A stretch of 64,000 nucleotides of DNA. Source: Macrostomum lignano (lineage: Eukaryota). The notes under the pieces are model-generated. The model saw only the letters and a program-made list of their open reading frames with translations, searched no databases and had not been told where the DNA came from. The stretch lies in assembly GCA_002269645.1 (NCBI GenBank), contig NIVC01003004.1, positions 62,001-126,000 of the forward strand, read 5' to 3'. The position numbers were made by a program, and so were the translations under genes. How positions within the stretch are numbered: position 1 is the first letter of the stretch; each line of letters opens with the position of its first letter. Shown here in pieces: positions 24,244 to 38,000 of the stretch.

Positions 24244-27200
24244 ATGGGCTCTTGCTGTAGCCGTTGCACTAATGATGACGATGCATCCGCTGTTATTGGC
24301 GCAACTAGTGATGGATTTTTAGCTGCGGCTTCATTTCCATCGTCAGTGACACCTGTAAGTTTCCGGCCGCGCCAACAGCATGACGAAATTATTCAACAGC
24401 AAATCTTGCCGCCTGTAAAGCAGGGGTAGAGAACGCAGCTTTCAGTCGTAGTGATGAGGCATCAACAGCACCAGACCTCTGCCAAGCCTCAGCCTCAGCC
24501 AAGTCAGTATCGAACGGACCAAAGTGCCACTTTCACTTTCCTGATTGGTTGGGAACTATGGCTACCCGAGCTTCGCGTCACCGCCATCTGCACCAGCAAA
24601 GTCGGGCACGGGATGGTGGACCTTCTTCAAGCAACAATCGGCGTAAGCTGACTGGCATTATTGAGCAAGTGAACGAATGCGCACACGTCAGTGATGCATA
24701 CGAAACCGGTGTAAATGGGACAGAGTTCCTAAACAACTTGCCGGCTAAAATGTCTTCGTTACAATACTCCGGTGATGACTCTGCTTTCTGTTTACACCGG
24801 CAGCTAACGAGGGATCACGGTGCCACTAGTTCGCTTCGTCAGGAACCTGTCAGTCGAACTATTCCCTCCGAGTCCACGGATCACCAAAACAATCTTGATG
24901 GGGAGCAGCACCAAAATGGTAACCACCTTTGTCACAGTCACCACAGCTTCCATGGCGATGACGTTTACCGAATATTCGTCGAGTCTTCATGGCACGTCAA
25001 GTCGTCTATTCTTTCTCTGGTAAATTTTTCACATGTAAAATCTGTGCGAAAACTGATGACAATTTTATGCGAGATTTAGTCAACCATTAAATTTTTAGTT
25101 CGCCGCGAACTTATCTAAAAGTAGCAATGGAAACGGGGCAAAGAAACGGAAGAATGAATGGATTCAATTATCGGGTCATTGTGGTGAGCCATGCGATTTG
25201 TTCTATGATTTTCCTGTTTTCTTTGACCCATGCACCCAGTTAGAAGAACCGCAACTCATTAGCAGCAGCAATTGGCTATTCGAATGTTTAAATTAGTCTA
25301 GTTTGTTCGTTCGGAGCTTCTCAAAATGCATTAATCACAAGCGTTAACGGCATATTTCAAGTACACAGTCAAACAGTTACTTTTGACAATGGCCGAAATC
25401 AGTTCTTTTAACAGTAGAACTACCAAGAGGGGGGGGGGTGGAATTTCCCCCCCCCTGACAATTTTTTTCGCTGCGCCGGAACGGAGCAACGCAGGCACAC
25501 GAAATTTAAGAACACGGGCTAACTTTTTGTTGCGCACCTTCTCAAACAAGAATCAAGTCGCCAGCCCTCGCCAGACGGCGTCGGGGTGATGGCTGAATGC
25601 TTGACTGACTAGCTGAGGATGTCCAGCAGTTGATTTTTGCCCACTATCGAGGCTTGATCAGCGAAACTAGAGAAATTCTTATCAGGCTGTCCATAGTCAC
25701 CTGGTGTAATCTGTTGAAGGAGCCGACGGCGTCGGGATGATGACGGAATGCTTGAGAGACTAGCTGAAAATGTCTGGCGGTTGATTCTTGCCCACTGTCG
25801 AGGCTTGATCGGCGAAACTAGAGAAATCCGCATCAGGGTGTCCATAGTCACCTGGTGCCACAGCTGTTGAGGGTCCAGAAGCTCCACTTGGGTGAAGGCT
25901 AGTGACCAACGAAGTCAGAACTGATGCAGACACATGTGTTCGACGTTCTGATGAAATTTGGAGACTTGGCAAGGCGGCACTGAGGCGCAGTGCTAATTGG
26001 CGCACAGGGGTGTACTGAATACACTAGCACTTAGCTCGTATGGGAAAAATCCGACCTTCTGGCAGAATCGTCGAATATCTCGACGGTCCGAAGGGCTGGC
26101 GACTTGATTCTTGTTTGAGAAGGTGCGCAACAAAAAGTTAGCCCGTGTTCTTAAATTTCGTGTGCCTGCGTTGCTCTGTTCCGGCGCAGCGAAAAAAATT
26201 GTCAGGGGGGGGGAATTTTTCCCCCCTTTTGGTAGTTCGACGGGCGGAAAAATGGCTTGGTATTCCTACTGTTAACTTAGCATATGAATATCATCCTGCT
26301 TCAGGCACATTTGCGGTGGCAGGCCCATGGAGCATTTGGAAGCGCAGAGACCCACGAGAAGTAAATGAGCTGCAAGCTTATAAGCTGTTGATGCAAAGCG
26401 AACAGCTGAGGCAGTTTGTGCCCATATTCTATCGCGAGGTCGAACACCGGGGAGAGTGTGAGTTAATCTGAATTATCCACGAATTATCATGCAGTATCCA
26501 AAACGAAGTTTAATCTTGCTATGTATTATAGATACTTTAGTATTAGGAACTAATGCTCAACATTAGTTTGTGTCTGTGGATGTATAGTTTAACCAAGAAG
26601 TCAAGATGTTGTTCGATAGGCCACACACAAACTGAGTTTATATGTAAATTTTGGCACTGTTCAAAGTCACGCAATGTGATAGTTACGAAGCAAGCAGATA
26701 TTCCCATTCTACTGACAACTAAGTACACACCACGCCCCCCAATGCGCACGCATTTTCGTACGCCAGTCCCGACAGAGCACTTGATCGAGCCCTGGTTTCT
26801 TTAGAGCGAGAGCCGGGGCGCGTTACCACCTGGAGCTGCTCTGCCTCTTTGATGGTCAAGAAGGAAACTATTCTCATTAAAATAGTTCAAAGATTCGCAA
26901 GATCCGATCGACACAAGAAGTAGCCTAATGTCTTTAATCTTCCCTTGTACTAATCAATGATTCTTCTAAGCACTTCAGATCAAAGAGGGAGCTAGCAGGT
27001 GCGTATAGCCACGCCCAAAAAACAACAGATCACAGATACTTGATCGGATTTATTACATCCGTTCTATAGATGAATCTGAATGCAGTGACTGTTTTAACAA
27101 CGTGTTTTCAGTTGTCCCTGTTGGTGTCTAAAACCTATCATGTTGATTTTTTTAGTTTTGGGTTGCGCTTAACTCAACAATGAAGCATCTGCCAGCTATA

Positions 27201-28411
27201 TGAATTGTGTCCTTTCAGATTTCCTTGAACTGGAAGATCTACTTCATCACTTCAAGAATCCCAGCATCATGGATGTGAAGATGGGGAGTCGGACTTTCCT
27301 GGAGTCCGAGGTGACAAACCCAGTGCTGCGCACGGATTTGTACAAGAAGATGGTCGAGTTGGATCCCAATGAACCAACTGCAGAAGAGAAGCAGCACCAG
27401 GCTGTGACAAAGCTGCGTTACATGCGAGTAAGTCTGTCTGCCAAGGTCAAGTTTGGGCTGAAATCAGTAATCAAGAGTCTTTATAGCTCTTACGTATTTG
27501 TTACTACATGTATAAGCTTAAGAATCCGGAATTGTACGTATCATTTACAATGCATCAAAATCGAAGTTTATCTATACGTAGTTGATCAGCTTTCGTGCTT
27601 CCACACTCTTGCTGGTAGACAATTCGATATTAAAATGCATGTAAAGTATATTTAATTTTTGTCAGCATTAAAACATTGAAACTTTTCAGTTTCGAGAGAA
27701 AGAGAGCACATCAATAACGTTGGGATTTCGCTTAGATGCCATTCGGGTACGTCTCTTACTGCCAGTGACACTTATTCAGTGCGAAGAACGCCAGCTAAAT
27801 CTTAGTACACTTGTACCTTTTTATTTAACAGACAAAAGACCCTAAGACCTGCGAACAGTACAGTTTACGGCTAAAGACGGCCAAAACAGAAGCTGAGGTA
27901 ATTAAGCTATTTTGCGCAAACTTCCACTGTCTATGTTACTTTGTGTTGACACCTATCTGCAGTCGTTTGGTGCCTACATTTTTATACACGCAGGTCGCCG
28001 ACATCATGCACTACTTCTGCGCATACAATCCGGTCATTATGCGCCAGTACGCTAGACGGCTCACAGATCTGCGTACTGTGCTGGAAGGCTCCAGCTTCTT
28101 CAAGTCTCACGAGGTCCAATGGGTTTCAAAATAGACCATAATTACGGTATACCAACCTTCAGTTTTATTTCTATCTGTAATTGTCATCTAATTTCCTATT
28201 GTAGTTGATTGGGTCGTCACTGCTCTTCCTGCACGATGAGACGCTGAAAGCGAATGCGTGGATGATCGACTTTGCCAAAACGGTGCCACACCAGGAGCTT
28301 CGGCTGAGCCATGCGGTCGAATGGCAGCTGGGCAATCACGAGGATGGCTACCTCACCGGACTGAATAATCTTATTCGACTGCTGGACGGCATGGCGAATC
28401 AGTATGTGTGA
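24244..28411 (+). CDS. IP3K: Inositol-trisphosphate 3-kinase (IPK family), 8 coding exons
   Basis: Exons ~24244-25019, 25099-25183, 26305-26457, 27219-27427, 27690-27746, 27832-27897, 27994-28113, 28205-28411; motifs [60 protein letters not shown]; 5' exon needs one frame correction. Confidence 0.92.
25412..26271. mobile_element. Non-autonomous DNA transposon (MITE-like) with ~170-bp TIRs and two internal ~151-bp direct repeats, in IP3K intron 2
   Basis: TTAA|CAGTAG ... CTACTG|TTAA; arms 25412-25570 and 26090-26271 are near-perfect reverse complements. Confidence 0.85.
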
Positions 28412-29009
28412 GGAGCGGCCGACATGTTGGATAAATGCGTCACCATGTGCTTAGTATAAAATTTCTAATGATTGCTCATATGACACGCATGTCAGCTCGA
28501 AATACGCTTCCCCAACCCCAAGAACAGCCGGAACTCATACAGGCAGTCATGATTGTGCCCCTACAGACTCACCTCTAGTAACTAATAGGTTTGTGTCTAC
28601 ACGGATCCAGCTGTATTATTCTTTGCTCATGAGCTTGAGAGGCATTCCAATTCCATTATTTTTTGGAAAGTAACTTTTGTAACAAATTGAAGTAACTCGA
28701 CTGTATACCCTTGGATCATTATTTTCTCTGAACATTCCTGGATGTACAAGCAACGGTAATTTAAAAAAAATTAAAGGCTAAGAAAATCGACTTTGTGATG
28801 CATTCTATTTCTACGGTTAATCTGTTTTCTTCGAATCCGACTGAATATGTATTCAAAAGATTGAAAACTCTCTGTACTGTTCTTGTGTCAATTCAGTGTC
28901 GGAAATCAATATGTACCAAAGATTCGAGACTGTTTTGCCAACAGAAAATGACTATAGTTGTTGCTGAATCGTTCAGTCCAATTCGAATTGAAGGTCAGGG
29001 TCATCACAC

Positions 29010-32000
29010 CTAAATATGGAGCCTGTAGTCGCGAGTTTCAGGCTCTTGGTTGCGATAGTCGATCGGCTTCAGGTTGTCCCAGTTGTGGCCCTGGAATTTT
29101 ATGCAACTTTTATTTAATTTTTCTAAGAATTCATCTCGTATCTTCGTAAAATTAAACGAACCGTTTCTGAAAGCACGTCTGAAAGGACATAATGTACGTT
29201 AACAGCTGTTAGTCTTTGAAACTGCGAGAACAGGCCTCAAAGGAAGTCCTTATATAAGTCCTTATATGCAGTACCAATGACTTGACCGTTCAGTACTTGT
29301 ACAATGTATCAGCTCGTAAATTTTTTTTACGCGGTTGTTTACCGAGATTTCCACTCCAGAGGAGGAGTTGCACGACTGGTGAATACGGCCGGTGCGGTAC
29401 ATTGCTTCAGGGCGGCCACTTCCATGCGGCCCCATTCTATGCTCTGGTAGTTCTCTTCGATCGTTTTCTTCCTCGAAGTTTCGGCTCCATAAAGTCTGTC
29501 GAATCAAAAATGAATTATGCTTTCTTTTTTGTATAAATTCTAATTCGACCGATGAATAATAACACAGACTGATAATGATAACTCACACATTCATTTTTTT
29601 GAAGAATCGATCTAAAGTGTTGTCACTGACAATGCTCTTGCACAGTTCAAGCTGACTCTTCGGGTAGTAAAATACATAGTTCAGGCACATCTCGTTGTTG
29701 ATCGTCAGGCCGCCGAGAGTGACGTTCCTACGCTTGGACGTGTCGAATGTGCAGGTGGTCACGAGAGCATCGCCCTTGCAATTGATTATTTTGCTTATTT
29801 GCTTAATTTGAACGGTACAATTTGTCATCCTATTGAACTTCAGCCAAAATTCTAGACGCATTTATGACTAAAAATTGTATAAAACTTACCGGCAGGACAC
29901 GAATTGGCTCTGGAAGCAGACGAATTTCCTGGAAATGCGGACTATAATGCTTGTCATCGTTAAGAACTCTGACAAAATGACGCGGCCTGTGATGGATTGT
30001 CTTCACACGAACCCCTGTCGTATGCGTGTGTAGCTGAGAAGCGAATATCTTGATGCCGTCCGGTGGAAGCCCCTGTCATTGAAGCCATTCATGAATCATA
30101 TAAAATATAGCTGCATTATGCAAAAAGACAAAGGGTCTACAAATGTAATATTTCGGCCTTCGTATTTAGTCTTTCAGAACGTACTCTTCCGAGCCTGATT
30201 CCACTGCTTCGTGCTTAGCAAATACCTAAAATCTTTAATGTTTTCTCGGCTCAGCGGTTAACGTGTCTGAATTTCGCATCTTGCACGGGATAATTTAAGG
30301 CTCGCGAACAAAGTTTGGCCTGCGGTGAAATTCTCGATGGCTTTCATGAGGCCGATTCATTCAACCCAGGCAGAGTGTGTACATGCCTGTCGACGAAGAG
30401 AAACTCAGGGCCACTCTAAACTCTGTGTGGCGTACTCAGGGGTCGGTGGAATGGGCATAACTAAACTACGGAACAGCAAAATACTGCGTAATATTACATT
30501 CTATACAAATCGGTAAGCTTGTCGATGAACTCCTACCTCATTTGTGCATTTCGGCAGGCAAAATCCAGTTAGTTCAAATCTGGGCTCTCCCGGCGGCACT
30601 GCGCTGTAGGGCAAATAGTCGAGCCCAAGCTCTATAATTCCGACATCGAATTTCCGCAGTCTCCGGGTGAGATAGAATCGCAGGCCGCTGCTGTCCACCA
30701 GGCCAGATTTACCTGCGGCATTGTTATAGTGCAGTTCTATCACGGCGTACTGAGTTCCGCTTCGGCCGCTTCGGCCTCCGATGGGCAAGCCAGCCTCGGA
30801 CGGGTAGAAGATTCCCTGTTCATGGAGTTTGGATGCTTGTACGTCTCACAATGAAGCCTTGTACAAGGACTACTCAAGTAACATATATATAACTTACTGT
30901 GGCGGCCAGACTACGCGACCGGCAGCACCAGTGCAGCCGCACTGGAAACCCCCCCCCTCTGTCTAGCTGAGGTGGGGTGGGTACGCGCCAAGCTAGCCGG
31001 CTCGCTAAGCCGGGGGTTGGCGTAGCCAATCACGCCATGCCACCTTTTCGCACCTCCCTTGGCCCCTCAATCTCGCACTGTTTGTTATAATCATATAAAT
31101 ACACGCGCAACGCAGTGCAGAATCTTCGCTGCCACTCCATCTATTGAAACTATAAGGCCTTCCGCCTCATTGGTGAGCCCGACTCCCAGCGCGGAACGCT
31201 GGGCCTACCTGGTCGGCCCTGTGCGGTCCTGGCAGCCAACCGCCTTGGCCGACTGCAACGGCAGCACAGCAGCACCGCAGCACCGCAGCACAGCAGCACC
31301 GCAGCACAGCAGCACCGCAGCCAGCAACCCACCGCAGCAGCAGCAGCACCGCAGCCCAGCAGCACGAATCGGCCCAGTCAGCCCGCCCCCGGTAGCTCCT
31401 GGGTCTCGCCTTTCGGCCCCCGCGTTGGACCAACCAGCGCCACACGCTGCAGCTACTTCTAGGTTAGCACCGCTGCTGCTAGCCTAACGTCCCCAGCCTC
31501 TGTGCAAGAGCATCGATCCGGCTCACGGCGGCAACTGACTGTCGATTGCCTCTGGTGTGGTACGGCCGCGCGCCCCTGCTGCCTTCGGCGCCCACCTGGC
31601 GCCCTGCTGCCATCGGCGCCCGCCTGGCGCCCTGCTGCTATCGGCGCCCGCCTGGCGCCCTGCTGCCATCGGCGCCCGCCTGGCGCCCTGCTGCTATCGG
31701 CGCCCGCCTGGCGCCCTGCTGTCTTCGGCGCCCGCCTGGCGTTCTGCTGCCTTCGGCGCCCGCCTGGCGCCCTGCTGCCTTCGGCGCCCGCCTGGCGCCC
31801 TGCTGCCTTCGGCGCCCGCCTGGCGCCCGCCTGGTGCCCCGCCGCCTTCGGCGCCCGCCTCGCGCCCCTGCCGCCTTCGGCGCCCGCCTAGCGCCCTGCT
31901 GCTACCTTCGGCGCCCGCCTGGCGCCCTGCTGCCTTCGGCGCCCGCCCGGCACCCGCCTGGCGCCCTGCTGCCATCGGCGCCCGCTCGGCGACCTGCTGC

Positions 32001-35000
32001 CATCGGCGCCCGCTCGGCGACCTGCTGCCATCGGCGCTCTGCTGCCTTCGGCGCCCGCCTCGCGCCCCCGCCGCCTTCGGCGCCCGCTCCTCGGCGCTCT
32101 CGCTGCCTCGGCTACCACCCGACGTTCGGGCCTAGCTCGGTGCTGGGGGAGCTGTGTGGCGGCCAGACTACGCGACCGGCAGCACCAGTGCAGCCGCACT
32201 GGAAACCCCCCCCCGCCTCTGTCTAGCTGAGGTGGGGTGGGTACGCGCCAAGCTAGCCGGCTCGCTAAGCCGGGGGGTTGGCGTAGCCAATCACGCCATG
32301 CCACCTTTTCGCACCTCCCTTGGCCCCTCAATCTGGCGTTGTTTGTTATAATCATATAAATACACGCGCAACGCAGTGCAGAATCTTCGCTGCCACTCCA
32401 TCTATTGAAACTATAAGGCCTTCCGCCTCATTACTATATATATATATAGTAACTTACAATGTAAGTTGTCCTTGGCCTTATAACTGACATTAAAGTAAAG
32501 AGATTCTTTAATGATATAGAATATTATTTATTTGGCTTGGTTTTAGGCTCTGTACATTTGATTCGCTTCATGTTCTTTACTTTATACTCTTTTAGTAGTA
32601 GGCCAGCATTTGTAGTAGGGAAGCCCCCAGTCTCGAAGTGAACAACTTTTATCCCCGAAGCCGAGGGTGCGCTATACAGTATGTTCAAAAAGCTTTGGCT
32701 TTGTGCGATCAGATGATGAGAAAAAAGTTTCTGGCCTCCTTACCGTTGCACCCATCGCCCAGGCTCCGATGACTTTTCTGCATGAGGTCATGCCGAGAGG
32801 CTTTGTCTCAGAGTTGCACGGCGCATCGTAATCCCTGACGGACTCTGACAGATCCTCGACGCACAGAAATACCTCTAGGTGATGTACCAGGCCTTCACTT
32901 CCCTTGCTGATCACCGGTTCGTACTTTGATTGGCAGTTGCGAAGCAATTTTAGATTGCAGAGTCAGCTGTACATGTACATGTAAAGTTACAAAATCTACG
33001 TCAAACAGCAAGCTCTCACCCCGATAATGTGGTGCTGTTCGCGCATTTCAGGCAGTCGCACCACCCGACACCAGTAGGTAGTTTCCGAAGAAGGCACCTG
33101 AACACCTGAGACGCGGACTTCCATCTGCTTCGTGTCCGGTTGGGGTGGCGGAATCGGCAGCTGGCTTTTGATCAGCTGCACGAGGTGCTCAGACACGTCA
33201 TAGTCCTGTAGCCGGTCCCACACGAAAGGACTTTTGAAGAACAGCAGGTGAGTTGTACCGCGCTGTAAAGAATGTTAGAAGCTTAACTAGCAATCTAGTG
33301 CGGCCCCCCTTCGGGGCGCCCAATAAGAACGAAGCAAAAATAGTTTATGGAAATCAATGAAAAAGCGCATTTTCTTAAAAACTAAGTCCTTCATCACTTT
33401 TAAAAATCACCTTATTCATTTAAAATTGTCACGGACAATAATATTTGCTATGAATCTCTTTTTTTTCTAAAATTAACAAACAGACAAGAAAATATAGCTT
33501 TCACAAAGATCACAGTCATTACCCCTAAACAGAAAATAGAAAATAGAAAATAGAAAATAGCATCCCCCCAGTAGCAAGCACCCTCTTCCAAAAGTAAACA
33601 ACCGCAGATAGCAAGCATCCCCTAATACTCCTAGCAAGTATCCACCCAGATAGCAAGCATCCCCTAATACTCCTAGCAAGCATCCACCCAGATAGCAAGC
33701 ATCTGCAGATAGCAAGCATCTTGCAGATAGCAAGCATCCCCAAATAGAAGCATCCCCCGGATAAAAGCATCCACCCAGATAGCAAGCATCCCCCAAATAA
33801 TGTAGAAGCATCCTTCCAGATAGCAAGCATCCTGCACATAGAAAGAATTCCTAAATAGCAAGCATCCCTGGATAGAAATATTCCTATACATGTAGCCAAA
33901 CTTATCAAGCGCAGTAATCCTTGGCTATCGAGTGAAGTAATCCTTGGCTTATTAAGACCAATAATCTTTGGCTTATCGAGTGCAGTAATCCTTGGTTTAT
34001 TAATAGCAATAATCCTTGGCTTCTCGAGTGCAGTAATCCTTGGTTTTCCAAGTTTAGTAATCCTTGGTTTATTAATAGCAATAATCCTTGGCTTATCGAG
34101 TGCAGTAATCTTTGGTTTTCTAAGTGCAGTAATCCTTGGTTTATTAATAGCAATAATCATTGGCTTCTCGAGTGCAGTAATCCTTTGTTTTCCAATTGCA
34201 GTAATCCTTTGTTTTCCAATTGCAGTAATCCTTGGTTTATAAAGAGCAATAATCCTTGGCTTCTCGAGTGCAGTAATCCTTTGTTTTCCAATTGCAGTAA
34301 TCCTTTGTTTTCCAATTGCAGTAATCCTTGGTTTATAAAGAGCAATAATCCTTGGCTTATCGAGTGAAGTAATCCTTGGTTTATTAATAGCAATAATCCT
34401 TGGCTTCTCGAGTGCAGTAATCCTTGGTTTATAAAGAGCAATAATCCTTGGCTTCTCGAGTGCAGTAATCCTTTGTTTTCCAATTGCAGTAATCCTTTGT
34501 TTTCCAATTGCAGTAATCCTTGGTTTATAAAGAGCAATAATCCTTGGCTTCTCGAGTGCAGTAATCCTTTGTTTTCCAATTGCAGTAATCCTTTGTTTTC
34601 CAATTGCAGTAATCCTTGGTTTATAAAGAGCAATAATCCTTGGCTTATCGAGTGAAGTAATCCTTGGTTTATTAATAGCAATAATCCTTGGCTTCTCGAG
34701 TGCAGTAATCCTTGGTTTATTAATAGCAATAATCCTTGGCTTCTTGAGTGCAGTAATCCTTGGTTTGCCAAGAGCAATTGTCCTTGGTTTATCGAGTGCA
34801 TTAATCCTTGGTTTATTAATAGCAATAATCCTTGGCTTCTTGAGTGCATTAATCCTTGGTTTGCCAAGAGCAATTGACCTTGGTTTATCGAGTGAATTAA
34901 TCCTTGGTTTATTAATAGCAATAATCCTTGGCTTATCGAGTGCAGTAATCCTTGGTTTATTAATAGCAATAATCCTTGGCTTCTCGAGTGCAGTAATCCT

Positions 35001-38000
35001 TGGTTTATTAATAGCAATAATCCTTGGCTTCTTGAGTGCAGTAATCCTTGGTTTGCCAAGAGCAATTGTCCTTGGTTTATCGAGTGCATTAATCCTTGGT
35101 TTATTAATAGCAATAATCCTTGGCTTCTTGAGTGCATTAATCCTTGGTTTGCCAAGAGCAATTGACCTTGGTTTATCGAGTGAATTATTCCTTGGTTTAT
35201 TAATAGCAATAATCCTTGGCTTATCGAGTGCAGTAATCCTTGGTTTATTAATAGCAATAATCCTTGGCTTCTCAAGTGCAGTAATCCTTGGTTTTCCAAG
35301 TTTAGTAATCCTTGGTTTATTAATAGCAATAATCCTTGGCTTATCGAGTGCAGTAATATTTGGTTTTCTAAGTTCAGTAATCCTTGGTTTATTAATAGCA
35401 ATAATCCTTGGCTTCTCGAGTGCAGTAATCCTTTGTTTTCCAATTGCAGTAATCCTTGGTTTATAAAGAGCAATAATCCTTGGCTTATCGAGTGAAGTAA
35501 ACCTTGGTTTATTAATAGCAATAATCCTTGGCTTATCGAGTGCAGTAATCCTTGGTTTATTAATAGCAATAATCCTTGGCTTATCGAGTGCAGTGATCCT
35601 TTGTTTATTAATAGCAATAATCCTTGGCTTCTCGAGTGCAGTAATCCTTGGTTTTCCAAGTGCAGTAATCCTTGGTTTATTAATAGCAATAATCCTTGAT
35701 TAATCAAGTGCATTAATCCTTTTTTATTAATAGCAATAATCCTTGGCTTATCGAGTGCAGTAATCCTTGGTTTTCCAAGTGCAGTAATCCTTGGTTTATT
35801 AATAGCAATAATCCTTGGCTTATCGAGTGCAGTAATCCTTGGTTTATTAACAGCAATAATCCTTGGCTTCTCGAGTGCAGTAATCCTTGGTTTATTAATA
35901 GCAATAATCCTTGGCGTCTCGAGTGCAGTAATCCTTGGTTTTCCAAGTGCAGTAATCCTTGGTTTATTAATAGCAATAATCCTTGGCTTATCGAGTGCAG
36001 TAATCCTTGGTTTATTAATAGCAATAATCCTTGGCTTATCGAGTGCAGTAATATAAGTTTTGTTTTATTAAAGGACTAAATGTTTTAGTAAAGGACTGAA
36101 TATTTAATAAAAGCTTTTAATAAAAAAATTTACACTACTACTTTTAAACTACTTAGATTCGTAACCAGGTCGCTGCATTAGCAGTCTAGCTCTTCAGCTC
36201 TAGGCTAGCTCTAATCGAAGTTATCAGTGAATTTGTACCACTTATATAATTCAACACTCACACCAAGTCAGGTAGAGTAAAAAGTCACACAAAGCAGTTA
36301 TGACATAATCAATTTCTTAGGCAAGTCAGTACCAGTGTCTATGAAAGTTAACAAATGGTTACGTAATATAAATTGGGTACTGCGCTATGCTTTCACACTC
36401 AAAGCTGTGAAGCAATTCAATTGAGTGTCAAATTCAGCCAGTACACAGACGATAAATAAAGTGTATTGTGATGCAATCCATTTTAGAATTTAGAATTCAA
36501 CCAGTCAGTTTTTCTGCTAGCATTCTTACAATGCATTTCAAGTCGAAAGAGCTGCTTGACCTTTGCAAAAAGCATGTTTTTCGAATATTTAATGCCTTTA
36601 GCATTGAGCAATTTCTTAGCCACGATGCATGTACAGTCATGGGAAAATTTCTGATCGAACAGTGCAAGTTCGAACAAAATTGGTCCAGCCATTTTTTCTC
36701 TAATCGATCACATAGACACAGACAGACCATTTTTAGTATATAGGACTAGCAATCTTCGCCCCCCGTTGGGGGACATCTGTATAGAACCTCTGTTCTCTAC
36801 AAGTAACAAAAAGATAGCCAAAAAAGGCCTTCACAAAAAAAACAGACAAAATACTCAAAGGAAGCAAAAAGAAATCATCCCAAGACAGCAAGCATCCCCC
36901 AGATAGCAAGCATCTTCCAGATTACAAGCAACCCCCAGATAGCAAGCATCCCCCAGATAGCAAGCATCCCCCAGATAGCAAGCATCCCCCAGATAGCAAG
37001 CATCCGCCAGATAGCAAGCATCTTCCAGATAGCAAGCATCCGCCAGATAGCAAGCATCTTCCAGATTACAAGCAACCCCCAGATAGCAAGCATCCCCCAG
37101 ATAGCAAGCATCCCCCAGATAGCAAGCATCCCCCAGATAGCAAGCATCCCCCAGATAGCAAGCATCCGCCAGATAGCAGGCATCTTCCAGATTACAAGCA
37201 ACCCCCAGATAGCAAGCATCCCCCAGATAGCAAGCATCCCCCAGATAGCAAGCATCCGCCAGATAGCAAGCATCCCCTACATAGATAGCATCCCCAAATA
37301 GCAAGCATCCACCAGACAATAAGTAGCTAGTGCGATAATTTCCTTAGCATTATAGTGGCTCCTTTAAAATTCGCTTAGTTTTATGTTTGAAATTGTGTAA
37401 ATTTTATGTTTGACATGGTGGCTGTTTTAAGTTCTACATGGCAACTGTTTTATGTTTGAAACGATGGCTTTTTAATGTCAGACATGGTGGCTCTTTTATG
37501 TTTGACATGGTGCCTCTTTATTGTTTGACATGGTGGCTCTTTAATGTTTAACCTGGTGGCTCTTTTATGTTTGAAACAGTGGCTCTTTTATGTTTGACAC
37601 AGTGACTCTTTAATGTTCGACAAAGTGGCTATTTAATGTTTGACAAGGTGGCTTTTAAATGTTTGACATGGTGGCTCCTTAATGTTCGAGAAAGTGGCTC
37701 TTTAATGTTTTTCATGGTATAGCTCTTTTATGTTCGACATGGTGGCTCTTTTAGGTTTGACATGGTGGCTCTTTTAGGTTTGACATGGTGGCTCTTTTAG
37801 GTTTGACATGGTGGCTCTTAAATGTTTGACATGGTGGCTCTTAAATGTTTGACATGGTGGCTCTTTAATGTTCGAGATAGTGGCTCTTTAATTTTTTTCA
37901 TGGTATAGCTCTTTTATGTTCGACATGGTGGCTCTTTTAGGTTTGACATGGTGGCTCTTTTATGTTCGACATGGTGGCTCTTTTAGGTTTGACATGGTGG

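Larger units (their letters stand above)
33287..36745 (-). mobile_element. Non-autonomous Helitron unit A
   Basis: 5' TC at 36745; 3' hairpin GGGCGCCCCGAAGGGGGCCGC then CTAG|T at 33287. Confidence 0.88.

Noticed and set aside
26540-26870. Coding-looking stretch inside IP3K intron 3
   Set aside because: No homology recognised and no consistent splice frame
28411-29010. Functional linkage of convergent IP3K and Tbh (amine and Ca2+ signalling)
   Set aside because: Adjacency alone is not evidence; no shared regulatory element seen
31059-32355. Multiple Pro/Ala/Arg-rich ORFs in the LTR element
   Set aside because: Stop-poor GC-rich tandem repeat; no gag or pol motifs
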